A model generated the notes under the pieces. That model was not told where the DNA came from. It ran no database searches and saw nothing but the letters and a program-made list of their open reading frames with translations. From Thermoplasmatota archaeon (GTDB lineage: Archaea; Thermoplasmatota; Penumbrarchaeia; Penumbrarchaeales; Penumbrarchaeaceae), in the NCBI GenBank assembly GCA_046483845.1, contig JAWOCK010000027.1, forward strand, positions 11,738-75,737: 64,000 nt of DNA. Direction: 5' to 3'. The position numbers were made by a program, and so were the translations under genes. Position 1 is the stretch's first letter; the number at the start of each line of letters is the position of its first letter. Positions 39,278 through 48,894 of the stretch are shown here, piece after piece.

Positions 39278-39452
39278 TTCTTTCCCTTTTGAATGTACAT
39301 ACAATTAAAATCTTAATCTTTTGGGTACAAGAACGATATCACATCATATCAGGAAAGATACCATGTATCCGCACAGTAACTTCTCAGGTTAAGTAGATGG
39401 AGAGATATCATCCTCTGTATACAAAGGATACCAGGTATCGGGGGTCATAGAA

Positions 39453-39767
39453 ATGGTTGAACCGTTAATGTCCAGGGTCGAAGAACTCATCCAGTATCAG
39501 GATGGAGCTGTGGTCAGCAGAACTTTGATCGACAAAAAGGAAGGTAATATCACCATCTTCTCATTGGATGGAGACCAGGGAATTTCGGAACATACCACTC
39601 CCTATGATGCAATGGTTCAGATCCTCGATGGGAAAGCGTCAATTGTTATCTCGGGTGAGGAATATATCCTTGAAAAAGGTGAGATGATAATAATGCCCGC
39701 GAATGAGCCTCATGCTCTCAAAGCGATCTTACCTTTCAAGATGATGCTCTCCATGATCAGGGCATAG
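39453..39767 (+). CDS. Cupin domain protein
   Basis: Small beta-barrel protein with GEMIIMPANEPHALKA (cupin_2 motif). GGGGGT RBS-like upstream. Confidence 0.55.
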   Translation: MVEPLMSRVEELIQYQDGAVVSRTLIDKKEGNITIFSLDGDQGISEHTTPYDAMVQILDGKASIVISGEEYILEKGEMIIMPANEPHALKAILPFKMMLSMIRA

Positions 39768-39782
39768 GTCTAAGGACAAGAA

Positions 39783-40964
39783 ATGGAGGATGATATCATA
39801 GAAGAAAATGATAAGAACTATCAGATGGAGAAGGAATATGATGTTATCGTAGTTGGTGGGGGTCCGGCAGGATTGACAGCCTCGATAAGGTGCAGGAACC
39901 ATCATCTCTCCACAATGCTCGTCGAGGGCAGGAAGCTGGGAGGTCAGATCAATCAATTGTACCCCACGAAATATATCCTTGATTATTCATCCTATCCGGA
40001 GATAAGGGCCGGATATCTGGCAGACCTCATGATCCATCATGCGAGGTACAAGGGTGTTCCAATGGTTGAAGAGACCATTGTCGAATCGATCGACAAGGAT
40101 GGTAAATTCTTCCATGTCAAAACGAATAGGGGAGAGGTGAAGGCCAAAGCGATGATCCTAGCCATAGGAATGGGTTTGTTCGAACCCATGGCCCTTGGCA
40201 TCCCAGGAGAGAAAGAGTTCAGGGACAGAGGTGTTTACTATGCCGTACCGAACATGGATATATACAGAGGGCAGAATCTCCTGGTGGTAGGCGGAGGCGA
40301 TACGGCGGTAGAGAATGCCATTGGTCTGAGCAGGGTTGCCAAGGTTACCCTAATTCATCGGAAAGAAAAACTGAGGGCGATAGAATCCAATCTGGAGATA
40401 CTTGAAAGATCCCTTATTGAGGTTGTGACCAGTACAGAATTGAAAGAGATCAAGGGAGATGATCAGCTTCGAAGTGTTATCATTCACAACAATAAGAATG
40501 GCACTGACCAGGAGTTGGAATTCGATGGCGTTGTCATAAATATCGGCTTCTCACCGGACCTTTCATTGGTGGAAAATGCAGGTGTGAAGAATGATGGCGG
40601 CCACATCATTGTGACAGGTCCGAACATGCATACGAATGTTCCCGGCATCTTTGCCTGCGGAGATATCGTGGAATACGAGGGAAAAAATAGACAGGTTCAC
40701 CCGGCCGCAGGTGAAGGTGTGATCGCATCGGAAGAGGCCTACAAGTTCATCAAGTCTCCTTACTGGATCGAAAAGGCAGATGGCGGAGTTGAAGTTGACA
40801 AGGAGAATTGTGTTTCCTGCGGGGCATGTATGGCGATATGTCCCGATGTGTTCGGAGCAGGGCCTGACAGGAAGTCCGTGGTCAAGGAAGAAGCGGACCT
40901 CTCGCTTCCGTGTGTCGATAAGGCAATAGAAGCCTGCCCCCGAAAAGCGATAGAGAGAACTTGA
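39783..40964 (+). CDS. TrxR-like FAD/NAD(P) flavoprotein lacking the redox-active CxxC (FNR-like) fused to a C-terminal single-cluster ferredoxin domain
   Basis: VIVVGGGPAGLTAS (FAD GxGxxG), LLVVGGGDTAVENA (NAD(P) GxGxxA), FACGDIV. Position of the TrxR redox CxxC reads YYAVPNMD. C-terminal CVSCGACMAICPDVF...CP ferredoxin motif. Confidence 0.7.
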   Translation: MEDDIIEENDKNYQMEKEYDVIVVGGGPAGLTASIRCRNHHLSTMLVEGRKLGGQINQLYPTKYILDYSSYPEIRAGYLADLMIHHARYKGVPMVEETIVESIDKDGKFFHVKTNRGEVKAKAMILAIGMGLFEPMALGIPGEKEFRDRGVYYAVPNMDIYRGQNLLVVGGGDTAVENAIGLSRVAKVTLIHRKEKLRAIESNLEILERSLIEVVTSTELKEIKGDDQLRSVIIHNNKNGTDQELEFDGVVINIGFSPDLSLVENAGVKNDGGHIIVTGPNMHTNVPGIFACGDIVEYEGKNRQVHPAAGEGVIASEEAYKFIKSPYWIEKADGGVEVDKENCVSCGACMAICPDVFGAGPDRKSVVKEEADLSLPCVDKAIEACPRKAIERT

Positions 40965-41010
40965 CAGTTCTTCGAAGAATGGAAAATAATCCTTTATATT
41001 TTATCTATTT

Positions 41011-41349
41011 CTACAGTACCTTCGATGGCGTGGTGGGCCTCGGAGCCTTTACAACAAGGACCTTGAAGTCATCTTCGAAGGGGTTGATCAGGGAGTGAAT
41101 TGTATCCTTGGGACTCTCAACGAGCATCCCCGCCGATACTTCCTCTGTTTCATCACCGACCCTTACCTGCCCCTTTCCTGAATGTATGAAGAAGAACACA
41201 TCGACAGGGGTAATATGGGGAAGCAGGGATTCTCCCCCTTTGAGGGTGATCAACATCACCTGGGCGTTCTCATGATCGTACAGTGGTCTGACATCCACCT
41301 TGTGAGGTGTTTCCTTGATCTTCACTTCATCCGGGTCAATTATCTTCAT
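41011..41349 (-). CDS. Cupin domain protein
   Basis: ~112 aa with cupin_2-like core (LPHITPVDVFFFIHSGKGQVRV). Confidence 0.55.
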   Translation of the reverse strand: MKIIDPDEVKIKETPHKVDVRPLYDHENAQVMLITLKGGESLLPHITPVDVFFFIHSGKGQVRVGDETEEVSAGMLVESPKDTIHSLINPFEDDFKVLVVKAPRPTTPSKVL

Positions 41350-41355
41350 TGAACA

Positions 41356-42132
41356 TCATCTCCTATTATTTGAGTAATCCAGTGCATCGAATTTGCATGC
41401 ATCATTGCATCGGGTGCACACATAGCATTCCATCTTCTTATCATTGGCCCCTGCCTCATCCGCTGGACAAGCCCTCTCGCACATCCCGCAGTCTACACAT
41501 TTATCGTTCCTCTGGTATCGATAACCTCGGATGAGTCCAAACAGTGCCATTAACGCACCTATGGGACAGAATATTCTGCAGAAAGGGCGGTAGAAGAAAA
41601 CAGATATCAACATCAGGGCGGCAAATACAACAAAAGTCCAGGTTCCGACATTCAGACCGAAAAATGAACCTACCCCGGTGAAGTTCATAAGTGATATCCC
41701 GGCGAGCACTCCTGCAATTATCATGGCAAGAAGGAATGCCCACCTGATCCCCATGAACAGCCATTTGTTTACCTTTTTTATCTTGGGAAGCGGTATCTTG
41801 TACAGAAGTTCCTGGACCGCGCCGATCGGACAGGAATACCCGCAGAATATCCTCCCGATAAATGCAGATGACACGATGATGAGCAGGAATCCCACTATCG
41901 GCAGTATCAGCATGGGTCCTTTTCCCGAGGGGCCGTTGGATATAAAGTCCTGGAACTGAAGCGGGATCATCGGGGAGAATATCAGGAATCCAAGTATCGT
42001 CGAGACGACCAGAAATCCCAGCCCCATCCATCTGTTCATGCGATTTTTCCTTAGCAAAATGAAAATGATTGAAATGGACAGTATCGCCCATATCATTCCG
42101 ACCAGGTTCATAACATTCGACATTTCGACCAT
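41356..42132 (-). CDS. NapH/MauN-like membrane polyferredoxin (4Fe-4S binding integral membrane protein)
   Basis: Four TM helices. Two FCxxxCPxG motifs (FCGYSCPIGA, FCRIFCPIGA). C-terminal ferredoxin CVDCGMCERACP..CYVCTRCNDAC. ATG at 42132 preceded by GGGTGGAG SD-like. Confidence 0.65.
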   Translation of the reverse strand: MVEMSNVMNLVGMIWAILSISIIFILLRKNRMNRWMGLGFLVVSTILGFLIFSPMIPLQFQDFISNGPSGKGPMLILPIVGFLLIIVSSAFIGRIFCGYSCPIGAVQELLYKIPLPKIKKVNKWLFMGIRWAFLLAMIIAGVLAGISLMNFTGVGSFFGLNVGTWTFVVFAALMLISVFFYRPFCRIFCPIGALMALFGLIRGYRYQRNDKCVDCGMCERACPADEAGANDKKMECYVCTRCNDACKFDALDYSNNRR

Positions 42133-42523
42133 TCTTCTCCACCCTTTATTCCAAGATATCCACCTACCGATCCGGTTCAAAGTATAATAATCATTGAGTT
42201 ACCGTCCGGAAACCTTCCTTTTCATTATTCTCTGGATCTTTATCCTGTCAATTGAAATGGTCAATGGGGGCAGGACAATGAACGAAAGGACCAGTCTGAG
42301 AATGACATCCGTTACAACCACCATACCGATTGCCGGATGAAGGAATAGGATGGCATCACAAGCGCGGCAAATCCGCCAATGGTGGTTAATCTACTTTTTT
42401 TAAGAGTTGGATGATCATCTCTTTTGAAGACATGTAAGATGAATTCTATCATCGTTGAAGTTTTCATTGAAAGTCTTCCACTGGATTATTATATTCCAAA
42501 TGGCTACCTCATCCTACCAAATG

Positions 42524-42538
42524 GGACAGGTACTGTCC
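42524..42538 (+). promoter_or_regulatory. 15-bp palindrome GGACAGgtaCTGTCC between a TATA-like TTATTATATT (~42486) and the ACC start codon; candidate operator
   Basis: 6-bp perfect inverted arms with 3-nt spacer, followed by a tandem TGTCC. Confidence 0.3.
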
Positions 42539-42564
42539 TGTCCACCGTGGAAGTGTGATGAGCT

Positions 42565-45500
42565 ATGGCATCCATGGAACCTGCCGACCCCCGAACATGT
42601 GAACCCGAACCCGCTCAATCATATCAGTCGCGAGATTCAAATGACACCCTCTTCTCCGAAGAATTGTACAATCAGAATCTATCTGATGTTTCCGCTTGGG
42701 TCGAGCAGGCGGGAGGAGATTCTCAAAAGGCCTTTGCACGTGTTCTGATCGTCAACAACGGTCTATCGGCATTGCGTATCATTCAGGGGATCACATCCCT
42801 ATCCAACCTGATCTCCCAGGGTAAAGATGCTAACCTCATTCAAGCTGTGGCCATCGCCTCTGACGCAGATTGGGTTGGTGATTGTCCGGAAGATGCTATG
42901 CAGCGACCCAACTATTTAAAAGAACCCGATACAATAGTTGCCCGAATTCCCGGATCACGACCCAAGGACACCTATCAAAACCAGGATGAGGTAATTGCTA
43001 TCGCCCGAGAATACAGGTGCGATGCCATTGCTGTGGGTTGGGGGCACCTTGCTGAGAATTCCACCTTTGCCTCCCGCGTGGAGAAGGAGGGATTGATCTT
43101 CATCGGGCCACATGCAGAGGCGATGAGCCTGATGGGTGACAAGATCATGTCAAAGCTCATCATGGATAAGGCAGGGGTCCCGATGCTTCCCTGGAACGGA
43201 TCAAACATATCCCTCTCTGAGATCAGATCGGATGCAAAGGACCTGATCAAAGCCCGGGAAGAAGAGGAGGGCCCTCTTTCGGATACTGACAGATACGGCA
43301 TACTATTTGATCTGGCCTATGAACGGGTGGGAATAAAAAGCATTGAAACGGCCCGTTCAGTTATAAACTCAATAGACCTGCCCGTTGTCATCAAGGCCAC
43401 TGCAGGCGGAGGCGGTCGCGGTATTCGTTTCATCACAAATGACAAAGACCTAGAATCAGGATTGAATGCTGCTGTCTCCGAGGCATCAGCTGCATTCGGG
43501 AACGATACGGTCTTCATAGAAAAAGCAGCAGACCCTGGCTCGCGGCATGTGGAGGTCCAGATCCTGGCGGATACTTCTGGGACAGTGATAGCCCTCGGTG
43601 AGCGTGAATGTTCTATCCAGCGTCACAATCAGAAACTGATCGAGGAAAGCGGTGATGACATTCCCATAAGCGATGGGACCCGGCAGATCCTCAGAAGATC
43701 TGCCGTAGCTGCGGCAAAAGCTGCCAAATATGTGAATGCCGGAACCGTGGAATTCCTTGTTGATAAAGAGGGCAACCCATATTTCATGGAGATGAACACC
43801 AGGCTGCAGGTGGAACACATTGCCACGGAGGCAGTGTATCCCGGACTCGATCTTGTGGTAGAGCAGCTGAAAATTGCCATGGGGATCCCACTTGACCATG
43901 AATTGATATCATTAAGTGATTCCCTCACGACGGGAAAGCACAGTATTTCCGTTCGAATAACTGCTGAAAATCCCAATGCAGGTTTCAGTTCTCAAACCGG
44001 CACCATCGAATCACTCGACATTCCAAATCTGGGCCCAAACACACCTCGAGCATATTTCAGTTTCTCTCAGGGAGGAACCGTTCATTCCTTTGCGGACAGT
44101 CAGATCGGGCATGTGGTGAGCAGTGCACCAACCCGTGAGGTAGCAAGACAACATATGGTGGCATTTCTGAACAAATTACGCATCAAAGGTATCCTTACAA
44201 CCCTTCAATTCTCGTCTGCGATAATGCAGGATGCAGAGTATATTGACGGCACCGGCATCCATGTTAACTGGCTCAAGCAGAGGCTCGATGACGCTCGATC
44301 GAAGGTGGGCGCATACCTTGGGGGCTCAACCGTTAAACCCGAGCTGGGACTGGCGGCGGTTGCCATACTCGATTATCTCTTCGGGAAGGCAGAATCACAG
44401 AACAAGTTCCATGCCAATCTCTTATCCTCAAGGTCGATCCCTCCCAAACTCCTTGCGAACACAGGACTGACCCGTGTGAGATTCGGTGAACATCATTACA
44501 CTGTCATCGTTCGTGAGATAGCTGATGAGCGTTTTGAACTGATCCTTGGCAATGACCGGATCGTTGTCCGGTTCTGGGAACGTTTAGGTCCATCCCGTTT
44601 CATGATGGAGTACGCTGGTATGGTATACCAGATCCACCGGATAGATGAAACCTCCAGAACCCATATTGAAGTGGGCGGGCACACCTTCACCTTCGAGCGA
44701 GACCTTGACCCAGATGTATTTCGGGCACCTATGGCAGGAATTATTTCCTCTGTCGAGGTCGAGTCCGGGCAAACAGTTGGCTTGAAGGATACCTTATTTA
44801 CCATGGAAGCCATGAAAATGATCTCTTCCCTTGATTCTCCAAGGAATGCAACCATTGCAGAAGTTTATGTAAGTGCAGGTTCCGTTGTTGAAGTGGGAAC
44901 TCCGCTGCTCAAATTTTCAGAATCAGAGACTTCAGAATCGAAGAAGGGATCACCCTCCTCCGGAGCTGATACGGAAAAGAAAGGAACCCGTCTACATTTC
45001 AAGCATGATGTGACAGATCTGTCTTCCAGGCTTGAGAGAAAGTGGGCTGAGAATGGTGATCTCAAGATCTCCATAAATAATGACGATATCAGGACCTTGA
45101 TTGGAAATATCATGCGTGGTTATCAATATTCAAACCACTTTCTATACCTGCTGACAAAAGAGCTCACCGATATGAACGAACGGCTGGGTGACGAACAGTG
45201 GATATCTCTTGTCCGAGATACGATAGAAGCATTTTACAAGGATGAGCAATATTTCAAAGGGTCCACAACTCTAACAGAGGGACTATCCATTGCAGAAATG
45301 GAAGCTGGCATAACAGATGGTGATAAGTATGATATCGCCCGCTCCCACGGGAATTTACGTTCCAAGAAGATAGTGCTGCTAGAGTTACTTGAGCCCATTT
45401 CCTCAATGGATTTCGAATCCATTGTGCCCTATCTGAAAAAGCTGACAGAGCTGGGTTATTCATATAATTACCGCGATCTATCCACCCGTGCGGAGGAACT

Positions 45501-48500
45501 CATACATCTGATCCACCCACTCCACGAGAAACCCCTCGACCTTCATCAAGTAATGGATGATATAGTTGCAGCACACGAGTCGGGAGATACCTCTCTTCAG
45601 AATGGATTGATGAAAAATGTCATGGCGGCAACGGAATCAATGCTCTCTCAACTGATCGATTATCTTTTAACCGGTTCGGGATTTGCACGAAAGATAGCTG
45701 GAAAGCTGATCATCTTGCGTGCCTATAGACGCCATAGGAATCTGAGCTGTGAATATGAACATAAAAAGGACGGGAAACGGCTCTATGTATGGCGTTTCAA
45801 TGATGCTGATAATGGTAAGGACCGTATGGGTATAGTCAGCCTGGTTGAACATGGAGAGAATGTGATCCAGAGCCTGACCCGGATGTATGAGCGCCTTCAA
45901 CAGCTCTGGGTGGAATCTCCAGAACGTGCGGATCATTCGGGAGATGTTCTGGAACTGCTCATCCAATGGCCCCCTGATATAAAGAGCAGTGACGAACTGG
46001 CTCAATACTTGAGAGATATAGTGAACAAGGTCCTTGCAAATGAAGAACTAAGGCGCGTAACATTCGTTGTTCAAACCCCTCATGACCACATACCCGGTTT
46101 CTTCACATTCAGGCCTGATGGGGAGGAAAGCTGCTTGTATATTGAGGATGCGCTGAGCAGGAACCTTCATCCTTCCCTGGCTTACCTGCTTGATCTGAAA
46201 CAGCTTGAATCACTCAGATCGAACATTGTTAAACTACCATCTGCAGATCCTTTGATACATATCTTCCATCATCGTATACCGAATCCGCGGGGGGCGGAGC
46301 TGCCGGATATCGAGAACCGGATATTTGTTAGATGCGTGATAAGGAACTCCGAGATCACCATGGGTCCTGAAGGTTCTTCCTTCCCGGCGGCAGAAGAGGC
46401 GTTTGCCAGCTCGCTACGGCATCTGCGGGTCTCATATTCTGCAACTGGAGCCCGATCCCATAGTAATCAGATCTACCTGGCATTTGCAAAACCGATCAAA
46501 CTATCTTTTGAGGAGTATCAGAAGATCGTAAAACGAATGAACCGCCACGTGAGTGATTACGCTGATGTTGACCTGACCAGAACGGAGATACGCGGCCGTC
46601 TTGATTCCTGGCAGGCAACCGGTAAGAGCATCGATATGCTCCTGGTGGTGAATAATCCAACAGGATTGCTCACGGAGATGAAAGAATACGTTATAGACAC
46701 TTCTGTTATGAGCGGTGCCAAAAAGGTACAAATGCTCCTACCCTACAGTGAGTTTGTCAAGCAGCATGAAAAACAGGAATATACACCTTCTGAAGATCAA
46801 TGGATACCTTTCAGCGAGCTGATCAAACCGATGACCGCAGTGGACAAGAAGCGTGTTATCCGTCGTCAAAAAGGTAAGGTATACGTTTACGACAGACTCT
46901 CACTTCTTCGAAATGAGCTGGAATACATATGGTCCTCATCTGGAAAGGATAAACCTGATGATATACTGACCGTTCAGGAGCTGATAACCGACCCGGAAGG
47001 AGCTGTAGTTACCGTCGAACGGCCGCCGGGTAAGAATGATCTGTCAATTGTGGCATGGCGTGTCCGTATCAAGTCACCCGAGGCGGGATCTGGCCGGGAT
47101 CTGATCGTGGTTTCCGGGGATATGACACTCAAAGGCGGTTCGGTCTCCATGGAGGAGGACATTCTTTTTGCGGGAGCAGCCAGGATCGCCCGTGATGAAG
47201 GCATTCCGTTCGTATATTTCGCTGAAGGGAGCGGTGCTCGTATAGGCCTATCGACGATAGTTACCCAAAGGTTATCGTATGATGATGAAAAAGATGTGTT
47301 CTATGTTGACCGGAAAACATATTCTCTTTTGGAACCACTGGTAATCGGACATCGGGACGCGGAGAACACCTCGCGGTATATCATTACCTCGATCCTCGGA
47401 GGTTTGCCGGGTATAAGCATAGCAGAAGAGGATGAATATCTCTATGTTTCCGAAGCAACCTACAATCGGTTCAAAGATCGAATGACCGCACATCCGATCA
47501 CCGTCATGGTCGGCTCTGAAGAAAAGACACGTTGGGTGATCGATTCGATCGAAAAACAGTACCCTCTGATCAATTTCGAGAACCTCTCCGGTTCGGCGAT
47601 GATGGCAAGGGCTTGTTCGTTGACCTATCACAGTGTCCCCACGATGGCCGTCGTAACCGATACATGCACAGGTATCATCGCATATAATGTCCGTCTGTTG
47701 AAACGTATCATTCAAACCAGGAACTCGGAGATCATATTGACCGGATACAGAGCCTTGAACTCCCTCTATGGCGGCGATGATGTTTATTCCAGCAATCGTG
47801 AGCTTGGAGGGCCACATATCATGGGCCCGAATGGGCTGTCTCATCACATAGTAGACGATGAAGGTCAAGCATGTAAAACCGTTCTTTCCTGGCTTTCGGG
47901 CGTTCCGGTCAAGCGTGGATCTCCATCTCCCAAACTGGAAACGGAAGACCCGATCGAGCGGGACATTTCCGTTACACTCATAGGACCGGGCGGTCTTATC
48001 GAATCACCTCGTCCCGAGGCTGAACGACCTGTCCCCTATGATTCAATGGAGCTGGTCCGTACCATTTTCGATGAAGGTTCAACTCAGGAGGCCATGGAAG
48101 AATGGGGGAGCACCGTTCATGTGGGACGTGCAACCATTGGGGGTTATCCCATAGGTTTTATTTCAGTGGAGACCAGAACAGTCGAGAAGGTTGTGCCGGC
48201 CGATCCTTCAATTGAAGGGTCAGCACCTGTTGGGATCAACCAGTTTGGACAGGTATGGTATCCTGATTCTGCCTTCAAGACCTCCCAGTGGATACAGTTT
48301 ATGAAAAATGAACGCCGACCCCTTATCATCCTCCCCAACTGGCGTGGTTTTGCAGGTGGTAAGATCGATCTGTACGAGGAGATTGTTAAGTTCGGTGCCA
48401 TGATCGTTGATGAACTGGTATATTTCGACCTACCTGTTATCCTGTACATCCCTCCATATGCTGAACTGCGGGGAGGAGCCTGGGTGGTTATCGATCCGCA

Positions 48501-48894
48501 GATCAATCCTGACAAGATCGTCCTAATTGCTGATGAGCATGCGACCGGATCCATCCTTGAACCGTCTGGAATGGAGTCTGTTCCACTTATCCGGAGGCAG
48601 ATCAAGCGCGACATGATACAGCAGGATCCAACCCTGTCAAGATTATACGGAAACCGGACAAGATATGCCACGCAGATGGACCGTATCAAACAGATCGATC
48701 AGCAGATAGAGGAACGAGAGGCAGAGATCTGGCCGGAATATGTTAAAAAATGGACAAAGATCTTCCGGTTGCACAATACTGCAGAGCGGATGGGTGCTCT
48801 TGGGATCGCAGGGGAAGTAGTAGAGACGTCAAAGGCCCGTGAGGCGATCTTCAGAAATCTCATGAGTGGTCTGGAAAGGATCGACAATAGCTGA
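42565..48894 (+). CDS. acc: Eukaryote-type single-chain multidomain acetyl-CoA carboxylase (biotin carboxylase + BCCP + central region + carboxyltransferase), 2109 aa
   Basis: BC domain: ARVLIVNNGLSALRII, WGHLAENSTF, ATAGGGGRGIRF, HVEVQILADTSGTVIALGERECSIQRHNQKLIEE, NTRLQVEHIATE. BCCP: biotinyl-Lys motif EAMKM. CT domain: GGSVSMEEDILFAGAARIARDEGIPFVYFAEGSGARIGLS and GGAWVVIDPQINP. Domain order and length match eukaryotic ACC, not the bacterial multi-subunit type. Confidence 0.85.
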   Translation: MASMEPADPRTCEPEPAQSYQSRDSNDTLFSEELYNQNLSDVSAWVEQAGGDSQKAFARVLIVNNGLSALRIIQGITSLSNLISQGKDANLIQAVAIASDADWVGDCPEDAMQRPNYLKEPDTIVARIPGSRPKDTYQNQDEVIAIAREYRCDAIAVGWGHLAENSTFASRVEKEGLIFIGPHAEAMSLMGDKIMSKLIMDKAGVPMLPWNGSNISLSEIRSDAKDLIKAREEEEGPLSDTDRYGILFDLAYERVGIKSIETARSVINSIDLPVVIKATAGGGGRGIRFITNDKDLESGLNAAVSEASAAFGNDTVFIEKAADPGSRHVEVQILADTSGTVIALGERECSIQRHNQKLIEESGDDIPISDGTRQILRRSAVAAAKAAKYVNAGTVEFLVDKEGNPYFMEMNTRLQVEHIATEAVYPGLDLVVEQLKIAMGIPLDHELISLSDSLTTGKHSISVRITAENPNAGFSSQTGTIESLDIPNLGPNTPRAYFSFSQGGTVHSFADSQIGHVVSSAPTREVARQHMVAFLNKLRIKGILTTLQFSSAIMQDAEYIDGTGIHVNWLKQRLDDARSKVGAYLGGSTVKPELGLAAVAILDYLFGKAESQNKFHANLLSSRSIPPKLLANTGLTRVRFGEHHYTVIVREIADERFELILGNDRIVVRFWERLGPSRFMMEYAGMVYQIHRIDETSRTHIEVGGHTFTFERDLDPDVFRAPMAGIISSVEVESGQTVGLKDTLFTMEAMKMISSLDSPRNATIAEVYVSAGSVVEVGTPLLKFSESETSESKKGSPSSGADTEKKGTRLHFKHDVTDLSSRLERKWAENGDLKISINNDDIRTLIGNIMRGYQYSNHFLYLLTKELTDMNERLGDEQWISLVRDTIEAFYKDEQYFKGSTTLTEGLSIAEMEAGITDGDKYDIARSHGNLRSKKIVLLELLEPISSMDFESIVPYLKKLTELGYSYNYRDLSTRAEELIHLIHPLHEKPLDLHQVMDDIVAAHESGDTSLQNGLMKNVMAATESMLSQLIDYLLTGSGFARKIAGKLIILRAYRRHRNLSCEYEHKKDGKRLYVWRFNDADNGKDRMGIVSLVEHGENVIQSLTRMYERLQQLWVESPERADHSGDVLELLIQWPPDIKSSDELAQYLRDIVNKVLANEELRRVTFVVQTPHDHIPGFFTFRPDGEESCLYIEDALSRNLHPSLAYLLDLKQLESLRSNIVKLPSADPLIHIFHHRIPNPRGAELPDIENRIFVRCVIRNSEITMGPEGSSFPAAEEAFASSLRHLRVSYSATGARSHSNQIYLAFAKPIKLSFEEYQKIVKRMNRHVSDYADVDLTRTEIRGRLDSWQATGKSIDMLLVVNNPTGLLTEMKEYVIDTSVMSGAKKVQMLLPYSEFVKQHEKQEYTPSEDQWIPFSELIKPMTAVDKKRVIRRQKGKVYVYDRLSLLRNELEYIWSSSGKDKPDDILTVQELITDPEGAVVTVERPPGKNDLSIVAWRVRIKSPEAGSGRDLIVVSGDMTLKGGSVSMEEDILFAGAARIARDEGIPFVYFAEGSGARIGLSTIVTQRLSYDDEKDVFYVDRKTYSLLEPLVIGHRDAENTSRYIITSILGGLPGISIAEEDEYLYVSEATYNRFKDRMTAHPITVMVGSEEKTRWVIDSIEKQYPLINFENLSGSAMMARACSLTYHSVPTMAVVTDTCTGIIAYNVRLLKRIIQTRNSEIILTGYRALNSLYGGDDVYSSNRELGGPHIMGPNGLSHHIVDDEGQACKTVLSWLSGVPVKRGSPSPKLETEDPIERDISVTLIGPGGLIESPRPEAERPVPYDSMELVRTIFDEGSTQEAMEEWGSTVHVGRATIGGYPIGFISVETRTVEKVVPADPSIEGSAPVGINQFGQVWYPDSAFKTSQWIQFMKNERRPLIILPNWRGFAGGKIDLYEEIVKFGAMIVDELVYFDLPVILYIPPYAELRGGAWVVIDPQINPDKIVLIADEHATGSILEPSGMESVPLIRRQIKRDMIQQDPTLSRLYGNRTRYATQMDRIKQIDQQIEEREAEIWPEYVKKWTKIFRLHNTAERMGALGIAGEVVETSKAREAIFRNLMSGLERIDNS

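Noticed and set aside
41501-42142. 213-aa alternative-frame ORF overlapping the NapH-like gene
   Set aside because: NapH-like frame has TM helices and two FCxxxCP motifs; the alternative frame is Arg-rich garbage.
42455-42748. 97-aa ORF overlapping the ACC start
   Set aside because: Different frame over the well-supported ACC N-terminus; lies in the promoter/palindrome region; no domain.
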